Below are positions 1-8,563 of a stretch of 64,000 nt of DNA, piece after piece (within the stretch, counting starts at the first letter, position 1; each line of letters opens with the position of its first letter). The DNA is from a virus (lineage: Duplodnaviria > Heunggongvirae > Uroviricota > Caudoviricetes). Under the pieces are notes generated by a model. The model was not told the origin of the DNA and did not search any database. It saw only the letters and a list, made by a program, of their open reading frames with translations. The stretch is from the IMG/VR virus record IMGVR_UViG_3300022750_000190. One strand, given 5' to 3'. Made by a program: the position numbers and the translations under genes.

Positions 1-142
1 TGTTGTGTATATTCTATATTTTGTTAAATTAACGTTTTCCAAAATATAGAATATGCTTCTTTGATACTTAAACCAAACGAATATAATATTTTAATTCGAC
101 TTCTCAAAAATTTCAGTACTTGCAGACATCTAAACATATCTG

Positions 143-171
143 TTTACTTTATTCTCGTTTCTTGTTATAAT
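143..171 (+). promoter_or_regulatory. sigma70-type promoter
   Basis: TTTACT-17 nt-TATAAT with TG extension, upstream of ATG 202. Confidence 0.7.
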
Positions 172-201
172 GCCTCATCTTAAAACATCAAGGCATTAAA
201 C

Positions 202-1206
202 ATGAACGAGCAAACAATTTCTTTTTACGATGCTAACGCTAAAAGCTATGCTGATAGCACTATCGGTTTGGATATGTCTATTCTTCACGATGAATTCTTG
301 TCAAACCTTCCTGCTGGTGCAAGCATTCTTGACGCTGGTTGTGGTAGCGGTCGTGATTCTCTAAAATTCAAAACTCTCGGTTTTGACGTTACAGCAATTG
401 ATGCCTCAGCAGAACTTGTTAAAATTGCCTCTCAAAATATTGGTCAAAATGTTATCCAAAAGTCTTTTGAAGAGATTAATTGGAATGACAAGTTTGATGG
501 TGTTTGGTGCATGGCTTCTTTGCTTCATTTGAATGATGAAGAACTTATCAAAGCACTGGGTAATATTGCATTGTCTTTGAAAGATGACGGTATTATTTTT
601 GCTAGTTTTAAAGCTGGTGAAGGCAGTTCTTATGATGATAAAGGGAGATTTTTCAATTATCACACTATGGAAGAACTTGTAGAAGTCTTTGAAACATTTA
701 CTGGTCTTTTTACTAACGTTAAATGTTTCTACAATAAAGATTCTATGGGACGCGAAGACACTCAATGGATTAGCGTTATTGCCAAAGTAAATAATAAAGC
801 GAAGTTCTTGCGCAATATCGGTAATGCCGAATCAGCATTCTTTAAACATTTGAAAAGTGATTCTGTCTATTCGCTCTTTCCTGATTCTGTATGGGAAGAC
901 TTCGAGAATCAAGACGAAAACTTTAAATTCACTATTAATATGTTAAATACAGTATGGACTCACTCTTGGCTCGAAAAGAAAGAGCCAGTTTTTGTATTGC
1001 CATCAGAAGTCAAAGGTGTTAAAGTAGAAAAAGAAGATCCGCAGGCTTTGATTTCTTTTGAGAAATTTATTCGAAAATTTAGTCCCAATCCTGAACCTAT
1101 TCTTCTAAAAATGAACAGTTATGAAGCAACAAACCCAAGCTATTACGACAGTTTAACTGACAATATGTGGCAGTTTTGGTTAAAAGCATGGAAAACAAAA
1201 CCTTAA
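202..1206 (+). CDS. Class I SAM-dependent methyltransferase with C-terminal extension of unknown function
   Basis: Motif I ILDAGCGSGRDS, VTAIDAS, FDGVWCMASLLH; about 135 extra C-terminal residues. Confidence 0.9.
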   Translation: MNEQTISFYDANAKSYADSTIGLDMSILHDEFLSNLPAGASILDAGCGSGRDSLKFKTLGFDVTAIDASAELVKIASQNIGQNVIQKSFEEINWNDKFDGVWCMASLLHLNDEELIKALGNIALSLKDDGIIFASFKAGEGSSYDDKGRFFNYHTMEELVEVFETFTGLFTNVKCFYNKDSMGREDTQWISVIAKVNNKAKFLRNIGNAESAFFKHLKSDSVYSLFPDSVWEDFENQDENFKFTINMLNTVWTHSWLEKKEPVFVLPSEVKGVKVEKEDPQALISFEKFIRKFSPNPEPILLKMNSYEATNPSYYDSLTDNMWQFWLKAWKTKP

Positions 1207-1230
1207 AATTACTCTAGAGAGAATATCCAT

Positions 1231-1656
1231 ATGAACACTGTATTACCGATTGTTTCTATTTCAGAATTTGCAAGCATGGCACCTAGATTGCAGACGATCC
1301 CTGTTATGCTAAAACTCGAAAAAGAACAACTTCCTGAAATGAAAGATGCTTTTCAAGGATCTGATTTTTCAGTTGCTTATATTGATTTAAACACTGTGAA
1401 AGACGCATTTGATTTGAATCAAAAAATGGCAGAGTTTAAAAACGAAGTTCAGGATAAAAGAATTGTTTACTTTTTTGATAACTTTGAACAAGCAGACTCA
1501 CTTCGCATCCAATATTTGATGTCTCCTGTTATTACAGGTGTAAAAGAAGGTATTTATTACAAAGATAAAGACCTATTGCTTTTCAACACATATTCGCACT
1601 ACAAAAATATCCCACCAGCAATTATGAATAAATGTATTCATGTCACTTTACATTGA
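1231..1656 (+). CDS. Degenerate MoxR-like AAA+ domain protein (no Walker A)
   Basis: IPVML, IVYFFDNFEQAD (Walker B-like), IPPAIMNKCIHVTL; paralog of 1810 and 3488. Confidence 0.6.
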   Translation: MNTVLPIVSISEFASMAPRLQTIPVMLKLEKEQLPEMKDAFQGSDFSVAYIDLNTVKDAFDLNQKMAEFKNEVQDKRIVYFFDNFEQADSLRIQYLMSPVITGVKEGIYYKDKDLLLFNTYSHYKNIPPAIMNKCIHVTLH

Positions 1657-1728
1657 TTAATTCATCTAAAACAACACTTTAAATATATTACAACAGAAGA
1701 TTAACACTCTTTTGTTGTAATATAATGC

Positions 1729-1757
1729 TTGCATTATTATTAAAATGTCTGTATAAT
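1729..1757 (+). promoter_or_regulatory. sigma70-type promoter
   Basis: TTGCAT-17 nt-TATAAT. Confidence 0.7.
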
Positions 1758-1809
1758 ACGCGAAGGATTAATATACGCATTGATGCGAAATTATAAGAGA
1801 GTGTATTCT

Positions 1810-2268
1810 ATGGAGACGATCAAACCTTCACATTTTTCACATTGTGCTATAGAAAAACAAAAGTTTGTACGAAGAGCAATACAGTACGGCGCAGTAATGA
1901 TCCACGATACACCAGAAACCACGACTGATTTAAAATCTGCATTCGAAGAAAGAGGTAGGCTCTTTATCGAATTCGACTTCAAGGAGCGATGCGATGATTT
2001 TAACTTCCCTTCTAGGTTCTTGTCAATAGCAAATGAACACGAAGATGAAAAAATTGTTTTCATGCTTAAAAACTTCGAACATGCCGATCCTGCAGAAGCC
2101 AAGTTCGCTTTCTCTTCCCTTATGGAGCAAGGATGGTTTCGAGATGCCACCACTATTTGCAATAACAAAAACACTCTAATATTTGGTGTTGAAGGCATAA
2201 TCAACAAAGAAACTTCTCCTTTGCCCAGAGCTTGCTTAAATAAACTAGCACATTTCGAAGTTTTCTGA
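1810..2268 (+). CDS. Degenerate MoxR-like AAA+ domain protein (no Walker A)
   Basis: IKPS, AVMIHDTP, IVFMLKNFEHADP, PLPRACLNKLAHFEV; start could be TTG 1780. Confidence 0.6.
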   Translation: METIKPSHFSHCAIEKQKFVRRAIQYGAVMIHDTPETTTDLKSAFEERGRLFIEFDFKERCDDFNFPSRFLSIANEHEDEKIVFMLKNFEHADPAEAKFAFSSLMEQGWFRDATTICNNKNTLIFGVEGIINKETSPLPRACLNKLAHFEVF

Positions 2269-2304
2269 TATGATGGGACTCTTATTAACCAAGAGTCCGA
2301 TTAT

Positions 2305-2661
2305 ATGAAAAGCCTTGCTGATATTTTAGTAAACGTCAAAAAAATCAATGAAACATTGCCGTCAAACTGGCTCAGACATCAAGAAGTGCCTTTTAAACTT
2401 ATTGGCATTATTGACGATATGTATTCCATTGCCCATACTGCTGAAAAAACAGTTCAAGAATATTCAACGGCTGAAAATTTGCTTATTTACAATGAAATTG
2501 TTAATGAAATGCGCGTTATGTTTGTCGAGAAACTAAAAATGTTTGCTATCGGTGTTTCGATTATGGATCGTGCTGTTTTAGTTAATAAAACAGTTCTGAA
2601 AATACTGAACGAAAAACAATATCCTTATAGTCCTGAGCAAAAATCCATTAGCCAGTATTAA
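2305..2661 (+). CDS. hypothetical protein
   Basis: 118-aa ORF, in tandem with neighbours. Confidence 0.7.
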   Translation: MKSLADILVNVKKINETLPSNWLRHQEVPFKLIGIIDDMYSIAHTAEKTVQEYSTAENLLIYNEIVNEMRVMFVEKLKMFAIGVSIMDRAVLVNKTVLKILNEKQYPYSPEQKSISQY

Positions 2662-2726
2662 AATAGGTTTACTTTCTTCGAAAGATACATTATAATACAC
2701 ATACATAAATTACTAGGTAATTCCAC

Positions 2727-3131
2727 ATGCTTCCAGTTTTCGATGAAAAAACACGTAAAGAAAAACGCGAGCTTGTAACTGCTTATTTTTCCAAGCATCC
2801 AGAAGAAAAACCAGCTTCTTTCAATCGTGTTAGCCACGAAATCAATGACCTTGAATTGGCTTATCTTTCTCAATATGTTGAGCAAGAATCCAAGGCTCAT
2901 AGTCGTGCATCTACTCTGGCTTATCTTCTTGACCCTGAAAGTAGTCATAATACTTTTACGCCAAAAGAACCTTCTGACCATGACCAGATGATTGCACATA
3001 CCATGATTCAATGGCTTGGCACAAACGTAGGTATGGATTTTGTTCGTAACTCGCTTGAATCTGCTGGTTATGAAGTCACAAAAAAAGAAGAAAAGAAAAA
3101 GACTATTTTGGAGCGAATCAGAAATGGCTAA
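2727..3131 (+). CDS. hypothetical protein
   Basis: 134-aa ORF, promoter and AGGT RBS upstream. Confidence 0.75.
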   Translation: MLPVFDEKTRKEKRELVTAYFSKHPEEKPASFNRVSHEINDLELAYLSQYVEQESKAHSRASTLAYLLDPESSHNTFTPKEPSDHDQMIAHTMIQWLGTNVGMDFVRNSLESAGYEVTKKEEKKKTILERIRNG

Positions 3132-3468
3132 TAAGCAGGTTGAAGGGTTTTGGTGGAGCGAGAGGGAGCCGCATTTTCCAAAACCTATTGCATCCGAAAT
3201 TCCTTTTAGCAATAAAGACGAAATTGTCAATAAGCTAAAATATGTTGAAGAAAATATTCAAAATTACACTTTGGGTAAAAGACATACAGGACAAAAGGTT
3301 CATTACAAGGGCTATTCTGAATGCCGATGCTGTGGTAAAGAAGTCGGTTCAGCAGAATTTAGAATTGAAAACTGGACTTGGCCAGAAGGCTTGTTGCATT
3401 ATGTATTGGAACACAACATTAAACCAAGTGAAGAATTCATTGCAAGCGTTCTAAAGATCAAACAATAA
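3124..3468 (+). CDS. phage-type hypothetical protein with CxxC/His motif
   Basis: YKGYSECRCCG...WTWPEGLLHYVLEHNIKP; ATG 3124 overlaps the upstream stop. Confidence 0.75.
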   Translation: MANKQVEGFWWSEREPHFPKPIASEIPFSNKDEIVNKLKYVEENIQNYTLGKRHTGQKVHYKGYSECRCCGKEVGSAEFRIENWTWPEGLLHYVLEHNIKPSEEFIASVLKIKQ

Positions 3469-3487
3469 AACACACTTTTTATATTAG

Positions 3488-3958
3488 GTGAATATTTTGA
3501 ATACCACACATCGCACAAAAACAGAAAGCACTCCACTAAATGAAATGGCTGAATTTGTCATTGAAACGAAAATGCCAGTCATGGTTTGTGGCTTTCAAAA
3601 TGCAGAAAATGTAAAACAGCATTTTGAAAACTATAATTTTATTGTCATCGATTTTGAAGATAATATTTATGGGAAATTCAATCTGTTTCAAAAACTATTT
3701 GATATTCGAAATAGCATTAATGAAAAAGATACTGTTTTCTTTTTTGAAAACTATGACTATGCATCTGCACAACAGCATACCTTGCTTTTTCAGGAACTTT
3801 TTGATAAAAAGTCTATTCCTATCTCTTTGATTAATGAAAACGACCTTGTGATTTGTCGAGTAAAAGATGAAGAATATGAATTTGGCTTGAAAGGGTTGTT
3901 ATCCTGCAATATCCCTGCTATTATGCGTAATCGACTTGTAAGTTTTAAAATTGATTAA
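3488..3958 (+). CDS. Degenerate MoxR-like AAA+ domain protein (no Walker A)
   Basis: PVMVCG, TVFFFENYDYAS, NIPAIMRNRLVSFKI. Confidence 0.6.
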   Translation: MNILNTTHRTKTESTPLNEMAEFVIETKMPVMVCGFQNAENVKQHFENYNFIVIDFEDNIYGKFNLFQKLFDIRNSINEKDTVFFFENYDYASAQQHTLLFQELFDKKSIPISLINENDLVICRVKDEEYEFGLKGLLSCNIPAIMRNRLVSFKID

Positions 3959-3976
3959 ACTACTAGGGTATTAGAA

Positions 3977-4285
3977 ATGCAAATCACTGAAACTAAAACA
4001 GTTGTTAGAGAAATTTATGTTGCGCCATGTTTGAAATGTGGTAGTGAGGATATTCTCATTACCGATTCCAACTATAGTTCATTCAACACTGGTGGCGGTA
4101 CTTGCAGAGCCTGCAAACATTCTGTAACTGGTGGTTGTGGCTGTGATGTCAGTATGGACACTTTGGTACACATTTGGAACAAAGGAAACGATATTAAGCA
4201 CCTCATCAAAGAACAAGAAAGTGTTATTCTGAGCGCACAAAAAACAATCTCAGAATTGGAGAAATTAAGGGCTAGCCGGTCTTAA
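3977..4285 (+). CDS. Lar-like zinc-finger protein (restriction alleviation family, tentative)
   Basis: PCLKCG...CRAC...IWN pattern plus C-terminal coiled coil. Confidence 0.5.
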   Translation: MQITETKTVVREIYVAPCLKCGSEDILITDSNYSSFNTGGGTCRACKHSVTGGCGCDVSMDTLVHIWNKGNDIKHLIKEQESVILSAQKTISELEKLRASRS

Positions 4286-4294
4286 CTAATGCCT

Positions 4295-4325
4295 GAAACC
4301 CTTGTAAATACAGGGGTTTCTTTCA
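4295..4325 (+). terminator. rho-independent terminator
   Basis: GAAACCCTTGT-AAAT-ACAGGGGTTTC then T-tract. Confidence 0.7.
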
Positions 4326-4395
4326 TTTTACACTTTACTTTTACTCCCTTTTTTGGTACAATATCCCTATAGACAGCCACTTATAGGTACGTATC

Positions 4396-4938
4396 ATGAA
4401 AGCAGTTCAGCACAGTTCTGACAAATACCCACCTCGCACTCATCACAATGCGAGTACCGCTGACATGACTATCGCTTTTGCAGAAGATTTTGAATCTCTT
4501 GGCGAAAAACTTACCAAATCTGCGGTTTTGAAAGCCAAGAAGATTTATCTTCCTATTCCTCTTCAAACTGATAAACGACAAGCATCTATTGCGATTTTTC
4601 GTATGTGCCGAGATCACAATGTTACTGTCATCAACATTGCTGGTAATGGTATTTATAGTTTGGCTGAACATGGCTGGACACAAGAATCTTTGAACCAATG
4701 GGTTTATGATGTTCTTAAACCTGTTTGTCAAAACCTGCCTATTGTGCAAATCATTTCTGGTGGTCAAACTGGTGTAGACTTTGCTGGTGGCGTTGCTGGT
4801 GAAGTGCTTGGTCTTGACCCTGTTATGACCTTTCCAAAGGGTTTCTTGCAGCGGACTTTGAAGGTACATGCTTATACACAAACAGAACAAAATGTTCTTG
4901 ATACTGTTGCCGAATACGTCGAATTAATTCAGGAGTAA
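4396..4938 (+). CDS. SLOG superfamily protein (cpYpsA/MoCo-carrier-like), permuted order
   Basis: RTHHNASTADMTIAF, INIAGNG, IISGGQTGVD, FPKGF motifs. Confidence 0.7.
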   Translation: MKAVQHSSDKYPPRTHHNASTADMTIAFAEDFESLGEKLTKSAVLKAKKIYLPIPLQTDKRQASIAIFRMCRDHNVTVINIAGNGIYSLAEHGWTQESLNQWVYDVLKPVCQNLPIVQIISGGQTGVDFAGGVAGEVLGLDPVMTFPKGFLQRTLKVHAYTQTEQNVLDTVAEYVELIQE

Positions 4939-4946
4939 ACAACAAA

Positions 4947-5603
4947 ATGCTTAATTACTACGAAAATACAAGCCGCATATTTAATTTCATGAATTCCATT
5001 GGTCTTTACACACCTTTCCCTGAATTTCCTCTGATTATTAAAAATATAAAAGATACTGAATATAGAATTTTTAATAATAAAAAAAGAGAATGTTCTACTT
5101 CTTTTACTATTAAACCCCCTGTCAAAAACACCTTGCAAGTGACTTTTACTAAACAGATGAGTTTTACAAATACTCAAGAATTCGAAACCAAAGATCTTGA
5201 ATCTTCACTTTTTGATGAGAATGAACATCATTATTCATTTGATCCACAAATCAAAAAAGAAATGTCTGATTACTTATCAAGAACTCTTCAAAAGCTTAAA
5301 CCTGAAATTGATGAGACTTTTCATGATAAAGATGTAAATATCACAGTATCACTAAACGTTGATTTAAAGGTTTTAGGTAACGGTCGGGATTTTGATTTTA
5401 ATGACTTAAAACGAACTGTTGACTATAATATCAATACTGTTATAATGATTGCTTCAAAAGCTCCTGATAGTATCCTTGAAGAATTGAACAATGATGTCAA
5501 GCTCATGAGTTTTGACAGGATTCTTGAAATAAGGAAGAATTATCCTGTCAAAAGCTATGAAGACAAAAGCGGTTCTTACTCAACAAAACTTTCCAGCAAT
5601 TAA
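4947..5603 (+). CDS. hypothetical protein
   Basis: 218-aa ORF. Confidence 0.7.
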   Translation: MLNYYENTSRIFNFMNSIGLYTPFPEFPLIIKNIKDTEYRIFNNKKRECSTSFTIKPPVKNTLQVTFTKQMSFTNTQEFETKDLESSLFDENEHHYSFDPQIKKEMSDYLSRTLQKLKPEIDETFHDKDVNITVSLNVDLKVLGNGRDFDFNDLKRTVDYNINTVIMIASKAPDSILEELNNDVKLMSFDRILEIRKNYPVKSYEDKSGSYSTKLSSN

Positions 5604-5625
5604 ATTTTAATCAAAAGGTGATAAC

Positions 5626-5913
5626 ATGACTAATTGTTATACATGCAGTTTTCGAAAAAACACTCCCGGTGACTGCCATAGCTCTTGCTCTCACCCTGTT
5701 TTTAATGATAACAATAATGCCATGAAAACAGTCATTCTGATTATGCGACAACACCCAGCTTCTATGGCAGCTTTGGAACAAATGACTGGTATTCGTTTCG
5801 ACAGTTACGGTGTACAAAGTGGATGGGTAAACTTTCCGCTTAATTATGACCCAATTTGGCTTAAAGGCGATTGCAAACACCACAACTTAATTGGCGTAAA
5901 AGAAATTTCTTGA
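5626..5913 (+). CDS. Cys/His-rich hypothetical protein
   Basis: CYTC...CHSSCSHP...FPLNYDPIWL..C; AAGGTG RBS. Confidence 0.75.
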   Translation: MTNCYTCSFRKNTPGDCHSSCSHPVFNDNNNAMKTVILIMRQHPASMAALEQMTGIRFDSYGVQSGWVNFPLNYDPIWLKGDCKHHNLIGVKEIS

Positions 5914-5926
5914 TAGGTAGGTTGAT

Positions 5927-6106
5927 ATGACAGAATATGGTATTGCTCGAAACACAAATGAATTCAAAAATGAAGACATGCATCGTACTTGCATGACAAA
6001 AGACGAAGCAGAAGAATGGATGCAAGATTGGCTGAGTGGTCGAGGAAGTCCAACCGAGTATTGCATTGTAAGTCGAGAAGCTTCTGCTTGGGACTTGACT
6101 GATTAG
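5927..6106 (+). CDS. small hypothetical protein (59 aa, not in ORF track)
   Basis: AGGT RBS, ATG 5927, MTEYGIARN...WDLTD, TAG, terminator follows. Confidence 0.7.
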   Translation: MTEYGIARNTNEFKNEDMHRTCMTKDEAEEWMQDWLSGRGSPTEYCIVSREASAWDLTD

Positions 6107-6121
6107 TTTAACATTTTTATT

Positions 6122-6152
6122 AAAGCCTATTAGAGATAATAGGCTTTTTTAT
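6122..6152 (+). terminator. rho-independent terminator
   Basis: AAAGCCTATT...AATAGGCTTT plus T-tract. Confidence 0.75.
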
Positions 6153-6213
6153 TTCTCAAAATAAAAATCACCATCAACCTTAAATCTTTTAATTAATTTC
6201 CCTAAACAAATCC

Positions 6214-6242
6214 TTGCAACCCCTTGTCACCTCTGGTATCAT
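6214..6242 (+). promoter_or_regulatory. sigma70-type promoter
   Basis: TTGCAA-17 nt-TATCAT. Confidence 0.55.
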
Positions 6243-6363
6243 TGCTTCGTAACGTAAGGAAACACCTTAGTGTTTGTGCTAAGTAGGATGTATAACAAAA
6301 ACAATACCTGCCTATTGAATACCTTTGATGCCTATAATCTATTCTCTGACAGGAAATACCAAA

Positions 6364-6528
6364 ATGAAAAATACACGTATGTTTAAAACGAAGCGAATGT
6401 TACTGATTTACATTGCTCTAGCATTTACTGGTGGTCACGACCATAACCAGCATCATGATAGACACCCATCTCAAAACCGAGTACGGAAATGGAGTCTTCT
6501 GCATTCGAAGCAAGCTAAACAGCATTAA
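6364..6528 (+). CDS. small His-rich protein (tentative)
   Basis: AGGA RBS before ATG 6364; hydrophobic stretch then HDHNQHHDRH; lies between a promoter and a terminator. Confidence 0.45.
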   Translation: MKNTRMFKTKRMLLIYIALAFTGGHDHNQHHDRHPSQNRVRKWSLLHSKQAKQH

Positions 6529-6534
6529 TCAATC

Positions 6535-6557
6535 AAGCCACTTTCGAGTGGCTTTTT
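6535..6557 (+). terminator. GCCAC-family terminator
   Basis: AAGCCACT-TTCG-AGTGGCTT plus T-tract. Confidence 0.85.
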
Positions 6558-6620
6558 TGTTGCTAAATTTTCTTATCCCTGTTATAATTGACTCACTTAA
6601 ACATTTCAGAGTAGACAAAT

Positions 6621-7496
6621 ATGAGCAATATGATTACTGTCAAGAAAAAAGACTTTTTGAAGAAATTCAGAACTGGTTTTGATATTGCTCGTAGCGAATA
6701 CGGCGTCTACAACTTCAACCCAAGAAGAACAACCATTACCGAAGTTCTTTTCGATGTTACTGACGAAAGCAACGATTTCGATGGTTGTGGACTTGTAGAT
6801 CGCAAGCTCCTTAACTCTATCAATCCCGAAAACTATTCAGAGTCTATTGTCGCAATTAAAACAAAGGCTGATGAACTTTATCTTTCTAATCTGGATTTCT
6901 GCATCAAAAAACTTGAAAAACTTTTGGAAGGTTTTCCAAAATGGAAAGATGTACTTTATTCCATGAATATTGGCGATGCTGATAAAATTGCATACTCAAA
7001 CAGCAACTTCAAAAATCTTGAAATTGCAAAAAATATGGTCGCTGGTAAAGAACCACTTCCTGCAAAAATCATCTACCTTATTCCTGATGAATTTCAAATT
7101 CCGAGTTTCATTCCTGAATTGGGTCAATCATTCTACAGAGGTAATTTTGAAGACTATAACGATTTTTCCGTAGAAGAATTTAAGGTCAGTAAAATCTCAT
7201 TCTCGGATGGCTTTTTTCATCGCACTTATGATGAAACAGTGAATATCAATAAAGATGCATTGCTGAATAAGCTTTATTCCAACAACACATTGAATGTCAT
7301 TGTTGAAATGCAATCTGTAAGCAATGAAAGTGTTTTGAAATTTTACACAAAAGAACTGTCAATGTTTAAAGATGGGGTTTTGACACAAGGTTCTTGCCAT
7401 GGCGTTTTTGACTCCAAGGAAAAAGCAACTTATTTTGTAAAAGAGCGTGCTGAAATTGCTATTTCTATGATTCAAAATAAATTGAAAAATATTTAA
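6621..7496 (+). CDS. hypothetical protein
   Basis: 291-aa ORF. Confidence 0.75.
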   Translation: MSNMITVKKKDFLKKFRTGFDIARSEYGVYNFNPRRTTITEVLFDVTDESNDFDGCGLVDRKLLNSINPENYSESIVAIKTKADELYLSNLDFCIKKLEKLLEGFPKWKDVLYSMNIGDADKIAYSNSNFKNLEIAKNMVAGKEPLPAKIIYLIPDEFQIPSFIPELGQSFYRGNFEDYNDFSVEEFKVSKISFSDGFFHRTYDETVNINKDALLNKLYSNNTLNVIVEMQSVSNESVLKFYTKELSMFKDGVLTQGSCHGVFDSKEKATYFVKERAEIAISMIQNKLKNI

Positions 7497-7507
7497 TAAT
7501 TTTTAAG

Positions 7508-7774
7508 GTGAAAACAATGAAAAAAGAAGAACTTGTAAAATTGAAGGTTGGCGATTTTGTGGAACGTAACCTTCATGGTGCTGGACATGTCACAAAAGGT
7601 GAAAAGGCAGAAGTCTTTCATATTGATAAGAAGGCTGGTATCTTTTGGGTCGAAGAATGGGATGAAAAATATGTAAAAGATTCGGTTTATGCATATTCTT
7701 TGGAAACCGGAAAATCAATTAACAATTATGTTCCCGGTTTTTACAACCAAGTGACAGAAATCGTTAAAAACTAA
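7508..7774 (+). CDS. hypothetical protein, paralog of 8234
   Basis: KVGD...HIDKKAGIFW...AYSLETGKSIN. Confidence 0.7.
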   Translation: MKTMKKEELVKLKVGDFVERNLHGAGHVTKGEKAEVFHIDKKAGIFWVEEWDEKYVKDSVYAYSLETGKSINNYVPGFYNQVTEIVKN

Positions 7775-7783
7775 AAAAATATG

Positions 7784-7812
7784 TTGATGCGGAATAAAAT
7801 TTGCATTATAAT
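7784..7812 (+). promoter_or_regulatory. sigma70-type promoter
   Basis: TTGATG-17 nt-TATAAT. Confidence 0.7.
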
Positions 7813-7841
7813 AACATATCAACCATAACAGAGTTTATATC

Positions 7842-8132
7842 ATGAAATATATTTTTTTGCTGGTCGCTGTCGCAATGCTGTCAGCATGTAATATTGTAGC
7901 CGAACCCGGTTCAAATGCTAGTGCTATAAAATATGTAACTGACCAAAAATTGAGAGCAGAACGTTTTGATGCATGCATGAAAGCGCTTCCTGCTGGTCCT
8001 GTTTCTACACAATACAATGACTGGTCTGAAGTTGTTGATAGTTGCGAAACAGCCGCATACCGCCAAAGTCAAAAATTTGCTCATCAAGTAAATGGTCAAT
8101 GGGTTTTCGAAGATGGCAAGCCCGTTCAGTAA
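7842..8132 (+). CDS. putative lipoprotein
   Basis: Lipobox MLSAC after hydrophobic leader; CMKALPAGP...YNDWSEVVDSC. Confidence 0.75.
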   Translation: MKYIFLLVAVAMLSACNIVAEPGSNASAIKYVTDQKLRAERFDACMKALPAGPVSTQYNDWSEVVDSCETAAYRQSQKFAHQVNGQWVFEDGKPVQ

Positions 8133-8152
8133 AAAACGATAAATCTTTGCAA

Positions 8153-8178
8153 AAGCCACCTTGAAAGGTGGCTTTTTT
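8153..8178 (+). terminator. GCCAC-family terminator
   Basis: AAGCCACCT-TGAA-AGGTGGCTT plus T-tract. Confidence 0.85.
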
Positions 8179-8233
8179 ATTGCATTTATTTTAAAAATTT
8201 GATATTTTAATTCAAATTTATCTTGGTGAGAAT

Positions 8234-8491
8234 ATGAATGAAAAATTAAGAAATATTAAAAAAGGTGATAATGTAATTATTTGTCCTGTTGGTGGATTTG
8301 GAGCTATTAAACACGAAGTTGTCAAATTAGATCCTTTATTAGGCATTTTATGGATAAACAATAAAGAAAATGACCTTTCCTACGAATCTTGGAGCGCTTA
8401 TTCTCTAGATGATGGTTTGCAAATTAATCCTACGGTTATTGAAAAAATGACTCTTATACAGTTTTTTATTTCAGACATCATCGAAAAATAA
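8234..8491 (+). CDS. hypothetical protein, paralog of 7508
   Basis: KKGD...KLDPLLGILW...AYSLDDGLQIN. Confidence 0.7.
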   Translation: MNEKLRNIKKGDNVIICPVGGFGAIKHEVVKLDPLLGILWINNKENDLSYESWSAYSLDDGLQINPTVIEKMTLIQFFISDIIEK

Positions 8492-8563
8492 TACATGTTG
8501 CAAAAAGCATTGGCTTATATTATAATACACCCATCAGAAGCCAACCTTATTAGGTAATCCGAA

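Noticed and set aside
6249-6530. tmRNA or other known ncRNA
   Set aside because: No tRNA-like 5'/3' ends, T-loop or CCA.
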